Below, in pieces: positions 18,870 to 29,866 of a stretch of 48,892 nucleotides of DNA (positions are counted from its first letter, which is position 1; every line of letters begins with the position of its first letter). The notes under the pieces were generated by a model that had not been told where the DNA came from, made no database searches, and saw nothing but the letters and a program-made list of their open reading frames with translations. This stretch comes from Thermodesulfobacteriota bacterium (GTDB lineage: Bacteria; Desulfobacterota; Desulfomonilia; UBA1062). The stretch covers positions 1-48,892 of the forward strand of contig JALOOZ010000001.1 of the NCBI GenBank assembly GCA_025454155.1, given 5' to 3'. The position numbers and the translations under genes are program-made.

Positions 18870-19532
18870 ATGGGGCAGATCAGGGACAATGCAGCCAGGC
18901 TCCTCGCAGGGATCCCCCGGGGCATAACGGTGCTGGCCGCGGCCAAGGCGAGGTATGCATCAGAGATCCTGGAGGTCATCGATGCAGGCATCACCGACAT
19001 CGGCGAGAATTATTTCCAGGAATCGCGCGCCATGATCGAGGCCATCGGCGATAAGGCCACCTGGCACTTCATCGGCCATATCCAGAAAAACAAGGTCAAA
19101 CACATCGTGCCGCTCTTCGACATGATCCAGACCGTGGACAGCCTGGAGCTCGCGGCCATGATCGATCAGCATGCGGCAAAGCACGGCAAGGTCATGCCCG
19201 TGCTCGTCGAGGTGAACAGCGGCCGCGAAGAGAACAAGCACGGCGCCATGCCCGGGGCGGTGGCAGAGCTGATCATGCAGATGGCTGTGCTGCCGAACCT
19301 CCGCGTGAAGGGACTCATGACCATGGGGCCTTTCCTGGACGACTTCGAGGGGCTCAGGCCGTTCTTCCGGCAGACCAGGGCTCTGTTCGAGGAGATCGGT
19401 TCACAGGATATCCCGAACGTACGGATGGAGATCCTCTCCATGGGCATGAGCGACTCCTTTCCCATAGCCATCGAGGAAGGGGCCACCATGGTACGCATCG
19501 GTACCATGATCTTCGGTCAACGGCCATACTGA
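18870..19532 (+). CDS. yggS: PLP homeostasis protein YggS/PROSC
   Basis: GENYFQE, WHFIGHIQKNKVK and LSMGMSDSFPIAIEEGATMVRIGTMIFG. Confidence 0.95.
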   Translation: MGQIRDNAARLLAGIPRGITVLAAAKARYASEILEVIDAGITDIGENYFQESRAMIEAIGDKATWHFIGHIQKNKVKHIVPLFDMIQTVDSLELAAMIDQHAAKHGKVMPVLVEVNSGREENKHGAMPGAVAELIMQMAVLPNLRVKGLMTMGPFLDDFEGLRPFFRQTRALFEEIGSQDIPNVRMEILSMGMSDSFPIAIEEGATMVRIGTMIFGQRPY

Positions 19533-19598
19533 GGATTCAGGGCCTATTCATTCCATCCATGCCCCTAGCACTCTCATATGGATCTGATGCAAGACTCA

Positions 19599-19607
19599 TG
19601 ATATAAT
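19599..19607 (+). promoter_or_regulatory. Extended -10 promoter element upstream of GRE4
   Basis: TG-A-TATAAT (perfect TGnTATAAT) ~85 bp before the GRE4 ATG. Confidence 0.55.
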
Positions 19608-19689
19608 TAGGATAATCGGATTGCGCAGCGGTGGTCCCCGCATCAGGAAATCACGGGCGAAGGAGTTCCACCAGAAGGAGGTTTTTCCC

Positions 19690-22164
19690 ATGGCTGGATT
19701 ACCGCGTTTCTCGGCATCCTTGACATCCGCGGCGGTGGCCCCTGTGGAAGGGTTTACCCCCCCGACTCCCCGCATCGCCGCCATCAGGGCGAAGCTGCTG
19801 TCCACGCCGTACTCGATCTGTCTGGAACGGCCGAAGCTCATGGAGGAATTCTGGAGTTCCAGGGAGGGTCGCCGGAGCGCCAAGCTTGAGCATCCCCTGG
19901 TCCATCGAGCCCTGACCCTGCAGTACATATTCTCTCACCGCAAGCCCCGCATTTACGATGATGAGATCATCATCGGCAACATGACCTCCAAGCGCATTGC
20001 AGCCAACTACTACATCGAGGGCGGATCGATCAACATCCTGGAGGATTTCGCCCGGCTGGGGAAACGGACCATTCCCCTGAAACTGACCATCCAGGAAACC
20101 GCTGGAGTCCTTCACCTCGGGCTCAAGAACGCGTTCAAGAGCGTGGGCGCAAAGGCGCTCCTCAAGCCGGGGCGTCTTTCCTATTTTCTGGATTTCTTCA
20201 GGGCCAAACGCCACTTCGTGACGGAGGAGGCGGGCATCGGCCATCAGGTCGGAAACTACTGGATGGTCGTACATGAGGGTTTGCGCGGCCCGTATGGGGA
20301 GGCCAAACAGAGGCTGGAGGAGGGGAGACTTGCAGACGGATCCCGCCTTGATGCCGATCAGAGGGCCTTCTTCAGCTCAGTGCTGATCACCATAGACGGC
20401 ATCAGAAAGATGGCGGAAAACCTTGCCGCCGAGGCCGAACATCTCGCGCAGATGAAGGGGGAGTCTGAACAGCGAAGGGCCGAACTCCTGGCAGCGGCCG
20501 CCGCCTGCCGACGGGTTCCCTTTGAACCCGCCCGGACCTATCTCGAGGGTTTGCAGGCAACCTGGCTCATCCACATGGCCCTGAACCTGGAGGACTTCGA
20601 ACAGGGGCTCTCCTTCGGCCGGATGGACCAGATCCTGCTGCCCCTCTATCGGAGCGATGTTGAACTGGGCCGGCTGAACACCGGGCAGGCCACGGAGATG
20701 ACGGCCTGTTTCTGCCTGAAGACCTGCGAGACCATGCCGCTCTATTCCCAGCGGGTGGATCAGTTCTTCAGCGGCAACGGGGTCGCCCAGGCCTTTACCC
20801 TGGGGGGCACGGACGAAAAGGGGAATGACCTGACCAACGAGCTTTCCGGCCTTATCCTGGACGCCTATGCCCAGGTCCTGACCCGTGAGCCGGCTGTGCA
20901 TGTCCGCATCCATCCCGCCACACCCGAATGGTTTTTCCAGAAAAGCGTGGAGCTTCTCCAGATGGGCACCAGCAGGCCCTCCTTCTTCGGGGACACGGCC
21001 GTAGTCAGAGCCCTCCAGGAAGCTGGCATGACCAGGGAGCACGCCCGGGACTACGCCGTCATCGGCTGCGTGGAGATGGCAAGCCAGGGACGCACGTACA
21101 ACTCTTCGGACGCCGCGCTCTTCAACCTACCTCTCTGCCTGGAGCTGGCACTCAATGAAGGCAGGCGCTTCCACGGAAAGGCCCGGATCGAGGGCCGCCG
21201 CCGCTTCGGCGCCCCCACACCGCCGGTCTCCACGATGAAAACCTTTGACGACGTACTCGATGCTTTCCGGGCCCAGGTCCGCCACGGGGTCGATGACATG
21301 GTGAAGGTGATCGGATGGCTGGAGGAGGTCTACCGGACAATCCGGCCGACACCGGTGAATTCGATCCTCACCGAGGGCTGCCTCGAGACGGGCAAGGATG
21401 TGACCTGGGGGGGCGGCCTTTATGATTACACCTCCATCCAGGCGGCAGGGCTCGCCGATGCGGGCGACTCCCTCTACGCCCTGAAGAGGATCATCTTTGA
21501 TCAGAAGCGTTTCAGCCTGGACGAGTTTGTCGGGATCCTGCAGGACAACTTCCGCGGCAGGGAGGACCTGAGGGTTGAACTGGCCTCGAAGCTGCCACGG
21601 TACGGCAACGGCGATCCGGACGTGGACCATATGACCCAGCTCGCGGCCGACGCCTTTTCCGACGCCCTTTCAGCCCACAAGAACTCGCGCGGAGGGCGGT
21701 ATGTTCCCGGGTTCTACTCCATGACCTGCCACATCGGCTTCGGCCGCGTGACCGGGGCCCTTCCCAACGGGCGGCCGGCCGGCCGGCGGCTCTCCAACGG
21801 TCTTGCCCCGGTGGATGGGTGCGACCGAATGGGTCCCACGGCCGTTCTGCGTTCAGCAGCCTCCCTGGACAGCAGGAAGTGGATGAACTGCCATGCCTTG
21901 AACCTGAAGTTCGACAGGCAGATAGTCCAGGGCAAGACTGGACGGAAGGCCCTGGTGAGCCTCTTGAAGAATTATTTCGCCCTCGGGGGGATGCAGGTTC
22001 AGGTGAACATACTCGATACCGAGACGCTCAAGGCTGCGAAGAGGGACCCCGCATCATACCCCGGTATCGTGGTCCGTGTGGCCGGTTATTGTGCCTATTT
22101 CAATGACCTCCAGCCCGCCGTGCAGGACGAGATCATCGAGAGGACAGCCCATGGTATCACCTGA
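19690..22164 (+). CDS. Glycyl radical enzyme 4 (eliminase-like, uncharacterised)
   Basis: YAVIGCVEM, IVVRVAGYCAYF, AGIGHQVGNY and SFGRMDQIL. RBS AGGAGG lies before ATG 19690. Confidence 0.92.
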   Translation: MAGLPRFSASLTSAAVAPVEGFTPPTPRIAAIRAKLLSTPYSICLERPKLMEEFWSSREGRRSAKLEHPLVHRALTLQYIFSHRKPRIYDDEIIIGNMTSKRIAANYYIEGGSINILEDFARLGKRTIPLKLTIQETAGVLHLGLKNAFKSVGAKALLKPGRLSYFLDFFRAKRHFVTEEAGIGHQVGNYWMVVHEGLRGPYGEAKQRLEEGRLADGSRLDADQRAFFSSVLITIDGIRKMAENLAAEAEHLAQMKGESEQRRAELLAAAAACRRVPFEPARTYLEGLQATWLIHMALNLEDFEQGLSFGRMDQILLPLYRSDVELGRLNTGQATEMTACFCLKTCETMPLYSQRVDQFFSGNGVAQAFTLGGTDEKGNDLTNELSGLILDAYAQVLTREPAVHVRIHPATPEWFFQKSVELLQMGTSRPSFFGDTAVVRALQEAGMTREHARDYAVIGCVEMASQGRTYNSSDAALFNLPLCLELALNEGRRFHGKARIEGRRRFGAPTPPVSTMKTFDDVLDAFRAQVRHGVDDMVKVIGWLEEVYRTIRPTPVNSILTEGCLETGKDVTWGGGLYDYTSIQAAGLADAGDSLYALKRIIFDQKRFSLDEFVGILQDNFRGREDLRVELASKLPRYGNGDPDVDHMTQLAADAFSDALSAHKNSRGGRYVPGFYSMTCHIGFGRVTGALPNGRPAGRRLSNGLAPVDGCDRMGPTAVLRSAASLDSRKWMNCHALNLKFDRQIVQGKTGRKALVSLLKNYFALGGMQVQVNILDTETLKAAKRDPASYPGIVVRVAGYCAYFNDLQPAVQDEIIERTAHGIT

Positions 22165-23203
22165 GCCTCTCGTCTTCTCCCTGCAGCATTTCTGCCTTCA
22201 CGACGGCCCCGGGATACGGAGCCTGGTCTTTTTCAAAGGGTGCCCCTTGCGGTGTCCCTGGTGCCAGAACGTCGAATCCTGGAAGGCGGGCTCAGAGATT
22301 GCATTCAAACCCGCGCTCTGCATCAACTGCGGTACGTGTGTAAGGAAATGCCCGGAACACGCCCTGGCCGAAGTCGGTACGAGGGATACAACAAGGTGCA
22401 GGGGGTGTTTCACCTGTATCGACAGCTGCCCATCGGGTGCCATGACTCTCTTCGGCGTCCAACGGTCTCCCGAAGATGTTGTGGAGGAGCTGCGCCCCGA
22501 GTTCTCGCTCTTCACGACCTCCGGAGGCGGGGTTACCTTCACCGGCGGGGAACCAACCCTGTATCCGGACTTTTCCGCCAGGCTGGCAAGGTCTCTGCGC
22601 ACCGAAGGCATTCACATCGCCATGGAGACCTGTGGATTCTTCGACCTCAAGAGGCTGCGTCCTCTCCTCCGGGAGCTTCGTCTCGTACTCTTCGACATCA
22701 AGATCTATGACAGAGAGCAGCACCGGCAGATGTGCGGTGCCGACAACACGGTGATCAAAAAGAACCTGAAGGCCCTTGTCGAGGCCGGAAGCGGGCAGGG
22801 GGCGCCTGCTGTCTGGCCGCGCCTTCCACTGGTGCCGGGTCTGACCGACGGGCAGGATAACATCAAAGGCTGGGCCGGCTTTCTTCGTTCACTGGGGATC
22901 TCCTTCCTGACCATTGTACCCTATCACCCCATGGGAGCCAGCAAGCGCCGGTGGCTGGGGCTCCCGGCCGGCCCTGAACTGCGAGTGCCTACAGATGCCG
23001 AGATTCAGACCGCCGGTGGGTTGTTCTCAGCCGAAGGAATCATGACCTATAAGCCCGGCGAGGAACCTTTTCCGGAGGATTCCATCGGTCCGGCACAGGG
23101 ACTGCCCCGCGATCTTCCCGGGGCCGCACATGACCGGCGGGTCGAACACCGGGGCCTGCCTACCGATGGTCACGGGCCAACAGGGCTGAATACCCCTCGA
23201 TGA
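22151..23203 (+). CDS. Glycyl-radical enzyme activating protein 3
   Basis: HDGPGIRSLVFFKGCPLRCPWCQNVES; CINCGTCVRKCP and CRGCFTCIDSCP; GGGVTFTGGEP. The start overlaps the GRE4 end by 14 nt. Confidence 0.93.
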   Translation: MVSPEPLVFSLQHFCLHDGPGIRSLVFFKGCPLRCPWCQNVESWKAGSEIAFKPALCINCGTCVRKCPEHALAEVGTRDTTRCRGCFTCIDSCPSGAMTLFGVQRSPEDVVEELRPEFSLFTTSGGGVTFTGGEPTLYPDFSARLARSLRTEGIHIAMETCGFFDLKRLRPLLRELRLVLFDIKIYDREQHRQMCGADNTVIKKNLKALVEAGSGQGAPAVWPRLPLVPGLTDGQDNIKGWAGFLRSLGISFLTIVPYHPMGASKRRWLGLPAGPELRVPTDAEIQTAGGLFSAEGIMTYKPGEEPFPEDSIGPAQGLPRDLPGAAHDRRVEHRGLPTDGHGPTGLNTPR

Positions 23204-23316
23204 TATCGCCGCTGTTTGTACGCAGGACCCCCACCTGAAGACGGATTCCGTCAAGCGCCGTTTCAGGAGACAGGACCGGCAGCCACAGTCAATACAGCCT
23301 TGCGGTCAGGCCATGC

Positions 23317-24084
23317 ATGCTCTATAAGGGTGCGATGAAGATCACCGAGCAGGCCTGCTTCTACCCGGACGGCTACGTGTACTTCGATCCCGCCACCAGA
23401 GGCTTCCAGAGGGAGGACCTCTGGCTGGACGGCCGCATCCACTGCTGGTACATCCACCCCAAGCCGGACAATGCCCGGCCTCAGCTCATCGTGCACCTCC
23501 ACGGCAATGCCGAGAACATGACGTCTCACGTCACAGGGGTCATGTTCCTGCTGGAGGCGGGTTTTCCCATCCTGGCCTTTGACTACGGCGGGTACGGCCA
23601 GTCCAAGGGCACGCCCACCCTGAAGGGGATCCAGGACGATGCCAGGCTGGTGTTCAGCCACATCCTCGGGAATCCCGGGACCTTCGGAGGCTCGGTCTTC
23701 GGCTTCGGCCAGTCCATGGGGGCTTACACCCTGGCCAGGATACTGCCTGATTTCCCGGGCCTGTCGGGTGCCATCCTGGAGGCCGGCCTGTACTCGTTTC
23801 ATGCCCTGTTCTGCGAGGCCTATCCGGCCATGGAGTGCACCGTGCCCGCCGAGGGTTACTCGGCCCTGGATACGCTGCCTTCCAGCCTGGTGCCCAAGCT
23901 CTTCATCCACGGCACCATCGACGGTGTAGTCCCCTTCTCCCACTCCATCCGGATGCACGAGGTGGCTGCAGGGCCCAAAGACCTCCTCATCCTCGACGGC
24001 GTGGGGCACATCGATGCATTCATATCGCGGCAGTCCTTCGTCTACCGGGAGAAGATCATGGAGTTCATCCGGCAGTACGGCTGA
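23317..24084 (+). CDS. Alpha/beta hydrolase (ABHD/BEM46-like); the start may be ATG 23335
   Basis: HLHGNAEN, DYGGYGQSKG, nucleophile motif GQSMG, IHGTIDGVVP and GVGH. Confidence 0.88.
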   Translation: MLYKGAMKITEQACFYPDGYVYFDPATRGFQREDLWLDGRIHCWYIHPKPDNARPQLIVHLHGNAENMTSHVTGVMFLLEAGFPILAFDYGGYGQSKGTPTLKGIQDDARLVFSHILGNPGTFGGSVFGFGQSMGAYTLARILPDFPGLSGAILEAGLYSFHALFCEAYPAMECTVPAEGYSALDTLPSSLVPKLFIHGTIDGVVPFSHSIRMHEVAAGPKDLLILDGVGHIDAFISRQSFVYREKIMEFIRQYG

Positions 24085-24117
24085 CGTCATCCCTGAGGCC
24101 TCACCGAAAGAAGTCCC

Positions 24118-26757
<2,640 letters not shown>

Positions 26758-26826
26758 TTCTTCCTGCTCCTCCGTTCCCGTATGAATCGCCGGGGCTCTA
26801 TAATGCTCACCCCGACCTTTTTCCTT

Positions 26827-26854
26827 TGTAGGTCTGAAGGGCTTATATTTCAAG
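26827..26854 (-). promoter_or_regulatory. Possible sigma32 (RpoH) promoter of clpB
   Basis: The minus strand reads CTTGAAA-13 bp-GACCTACA. The -35 is good and the -10 is degenerate. Confidence 0.45.
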
Positions 26855-27019
26855 ATCTTTCCCGACACATTATGCCATGGAAACGGGTCCCAGGGATGGC
26901 ACGGTCCCCTGGTGATGTGCAATGCAAGGAGGCCGTTACGGAATCAATTGACAGTGGCTTGGAAATCGGTGACATCATCTTTTCAGGAATGCACGGCGCA
27001 AAGGTCGGGAAATGGTGTC

Positions 27020-28090
27020 ATGACCACGAGGAGATCCGACAAGGGTACTGAGGAAGACAGGAAGACCACCCTGCCCCTGTACCCGATTTCCACAGGCGCC
27101 ACCGGCAGGTCCACGAACCTGGGGCGGCGGCTCATGCAAGGCACCCTGATTCTCTGCGGGATCATCTGGGTCTCGGACATCGCCTACAGAATCGTCAACG
27201 ACGTCTCCTATGTGAACCGCCAGCAGTGCGTCCTGTACAAGATCCTTCCGAAGACCGGCTTTGTTGTGTTCGAATATTTCTTTGAGACCCTCGTCGTCGT
27301 CTGTATCGGGATCTTCATCGCGGTGCTCCTGGGCCGCTGGTTTCTGCGGTTGCAGAAATTCTTCCCCAGCAATCCCGTCACCGCATTCCTCTATGCCTCC
27401 GTTCTCCCGGTTTGCTCCTGCGCGGTGATCCCCCTAATCTCCTCCCTGAAAGGGCGGGCAAGGTTCATGACCACCATGTCGTTCGTCCTTGCAGCCCCCC
27501 TTCTCAGCCCGTACATCCTGGTGCTGTCCTTTTCAGTGCTGGGGTTCACCTATGGCATGCTCAGGATAGCCTCCTCCTTTCTTGTCGTGATGGCCACCAT
27601 AGGCATACTCGGATTGGTTCAGAGAAACGCCACGGGCCTGGAATTCCTGACAGCAGGGACTGGTTGCCAGGAGCCCTGCAGGGGGAAGGAAGACGACATC
27701 TACCTTGAGACCTACGGAATTCTCAAGGGCATGCTTCCGCTCATACTCCTCGGGGCCGCCCTGGGCGTAGGGCTCGAGCTGCTTGGACCGAGGTCCTATC
27801 TGCTGAACAGCCTGGCGGGAAAGGGGGCCTTCGGGGTGCTCGCCTGGATCACGATAGGGGTTCCCCTCTATTTCTGCAATGGTGCAGAGGTCCTCTTTCT
27901 CCGGCCCCTGGTCAGCCACGGATTCCCGCTGGGCACGGCCATCGGGTTCTCGCTGACGTCCACCACGGTCTGCACCACGTCCATCGCCATGCTCATCAAG
28001 ACCATCGGGGCACGGCTTTCCGTGGTGCTGGTCGTATGCGTGTTCACCTTTTCGTGCCTGCTGGCGTTTCTCATAAATGCGCTGTTCTAG
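27020..28090 (+). CDS. Permease, DUF318/ArsP family (start uncertain)
   Basis: Multiple TM segments; LPVCSCAVIPL, FVLAAPLLSP and GVPLYFCNGAE motifs. Confidence 0.75.
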   Translation: MTTRRSDKGTEEDRKTTLPLYPISTGATGRSTNLGRRLMQGTLILCGIIWVSDIAYRIVNDVSYVNRQQCVLYKILPKTGFVVFEYFFETLVVVCIGIFIAVLLGRWFLRLQKFFPSNPVTAFLYASVLPVCSCAVIPLISSLKGRARFMTTMSFVLAAPLLSPYILVLSFSVLGFTYGMLRIASSFLVVMATIGILGLVQRNATGLEFLTAGTGCQEPCRGKEDDIYLETYGILKGMLPLILLGAALGVGLELLGPRSYLLNSLAGKGAFGVLAWITIGVPLYFCNGAEVLFLRPLVSHGFPLGTAIGFSLTSTTVCTTSIAMLIKTIGARLSVVLVVCVFTFSCLLAFLINALF

Positions 28091-28104
28091 CCTCCCCTGC
28101 AGCT

Positions 28105-28965
28105 TCAGAAGGTGTATACAACCGTAAGGGTCGGGCCGGTGGTCCTGTCCCGGGACTCGGTCTTCTCCCACGTCCGCGGGTTCATGGCCTCCAGGTACCA
28201 CTCCTGAAAGCGGTATCCAAGCTGCATGACCAGGTTGTCGATGGGCAGGAGGCTCACGTTCGCCTCACCATTGAAGGAAACTGAGTATTTGGGGTAGATG
28301 TCGAAGGTGACGTCTTCCTGATCCGTCATCTTCAGGTCGATCAGCGCCAGGCCCATACCCCCCTGTATCCCGAAGACCAGCTTCTCGAAAATGGGGTACA
28401 CGACACCGAAGCCGACCGTGGGCATATGCACCCGGGCGTCCAGGGTGTAGTCATAGACCGCCTGTCCCATGTCGGTGTCGTATCTCAAGGTCAGGTCGTA
28501 CTCGACTGTCTGATATTTGTACCCCGCATACACCCTGCAGTATCTGAGGAACGATGCCCTGTCCTGGTACTGGGCCAGCGAGTAGATGGCAGCCAGGTCG
28601 TAATCCATGCGGGTGGTGTCGATGCCGGTTTCGAGCGTCATGGTGTCTGCCTGGCCGTGCCAGTCCTGAGAAAAGTGACTTAAAAACATGGGTGCGAAGC
28701 TGAAGGCCCATGCACCGTCATCCGTCTGGTACCCGAGAACCGGTCCCGCCAGATAACCCGAGCCCTTGTCCACGTCGGATACCAGGGTCACGCCCACCTC
28801 GGCGAACCCCGCACCGATGTCCTTCTCGAACCAGTCGAGGACCGCCGAGTCCCATTGTGCCTGCCAGTATTTGGCCCCGACCAGGAAGGTCCCGGCTCTA
28901 GCTTCCGAAAGAGGTAAACCGAGAATGAATGTCAATGCCACGAGAACCACGCATGTTCGCTTCAT
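28105..28965 (-). CDS. Putative outer-membrane beta-barrel protein
   Basis: Signal peptide (ending ..ARA), alternating amphipathic strands rich in Y/G/W, and C-terminal ..LTVVYTF (BAM-type terminal Phe). Confidence 0.7.
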   Translation of the reverse strand: MKRTCVVLVALTFILGLPLSEARAGTFLVGAKYWQAQWDSAVLDWFEKDIGAGFAEVGVTLVSDVDKGSGYLAGPVLGYQTDDGAWAFSFAPMFLSHFSQDWHGQADTMTLETGIDTTRMDYDLAAIYSLAQYQDRASFLRYCRVYAGYKYQTVEYDLTLRYDTDMGQAVYDYTLDARVHMPTVGFGVVYPIFEKLVFGIQGGMGLALIDLKMTDQEDVTFDIYPKYSVSFNGEANVSLLPIDNLVMQLGYRFQEWYLEAMNPRTWEKTESRDRTTGPTLTVVYTF

Positions 28966-29030
28966 ATCAGGACTCCTCCCCTTACCATCATCTGACTCCC
29001 AGGACGTCGTCGTGTTGCAGCACCGGTCTC

Positions 29031-29849
29031 CTACAGCGTGATGGGAATGGCCATGGCCAGCGTTGCCAGGTTCTTCTTCGCCCTGAGGAAATTCGGATCG
29101 TATTCCAGCGCCTCCGAGAACTTTTCCCTCGCCTCATGCAGAAGGATGATCGCATCCTTGTTCTTGCCGATCCTCTTCAGCTCCTCGGCCCGGGCCATCG
29201 CCATCTCTCCGGAATAGTTCCTCAGCGACGCATCCACGGATTTCGTCTCGACGGAATTCACTATCCTCGCCTTATCCTCTTCATCCAGCATGACTTCCAG
29301 GAAGTCGATGACCTTGACGAAGAGTTTTTTCTCAATCATGAAGAACTTGTCCGTCTCGCCGTTCATGGAGGCCGCTCCCAGCTGGATGCCCTCCTCCACG
29401 GAGAATATCTGCACGGCCATCCTGAGCTCTCCGTTCATCTCCGCGAACGAGCCCGTGAGAATATACTTCGCAGCGGTGAGCCTGCCGAGCTTCACCACGG
29501 TTTCCTTGTCCACGAGGTCCGATTTCTGCAGCTCGTATTCACGTACGATGTCCCTCAGCCGCTCCCTCTCGACGATATTGAAGACCCCCAGGGCCTCGAG
29601 GTCCGTGCTGAGCATGGTTGCAATGCCGTATTCCCAGGGCTGGAACTGGGACGCCTGATCCCTGGCCGTGGTGTTCTTGAAGTTCAGGACGGCCAGGCCG
29701 GCCCTGTCCGGCCGGGGTATGCCCGCGGTGTGATGACCCTGCGGAGCGGTACTGCACCCTGCCGAGAGGAGGGAAAGAACCACTGCCAGAACCGGCATGC
29801 ATGTCCTGCGATACCTCCCCGTGCCTGGTCCAGCAGAGAAGCTAGCCAT
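29031..29849 (-). CDS. CsgG/TolB-N-like lipoprotein with a C-terminal TPR-like helix pair
   Basis: Lipobox LSAGC; LAVLNFKN, FNIVERERLRDIVREYELQ, KLGRLTAAKYILTGS; ALEYDPNF. Confidence 0.75.
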   Translation of the reverse strand: MASFSAGPGTGRYRRTCMPVLAVVLSLLSAGCSTAPQGHHTAGIPRPDRAGLAVLNFKNTTARDQASQFQPWEYGIATMLSTDLEALGVFNIVERERLRDIVREYELQKSDLVDKETVVKLGRLTAAKYILTGSFAEMNGELRMAVQIFSVEEGIQLGAASMNGETDKFFMIEKKLFVKVIDFLEVMLDEEDKARIVNSVETKSVDASLRNYSGEMAMARAEELKRIGKNKDAIILLHEAREKFSEALEYDPNFLRAKKNLATLAMAIPITL

Positions 29850-29866
29850 GGTCCCGCTCCATCGGC

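Noticed and set aside
19565-19592. CIRCE-like half-site TAGCACTC
   Set aside because: The second half (GAGTGCTAA) is absent and the downstream gene is not a chaperone.
2105-22164. Annotating the GREs as pyruvate formate-lyase, benzyl/alkylsuccinate synthase, CutC or class III RNR
   Set aside because: There is no Cys-Cys loop, no small Fe-S subunits and no ATP-cone or NrdD features, and the motifs differ from CutC as I recall them. The activases carry ferredoxin inserts, unlike PflA.
27400-27430. Possible selenocysteine in the DUF318 CSC motif
   Set aside because: The codons are TGC-TCC-TGC, with no in-frame TGA.
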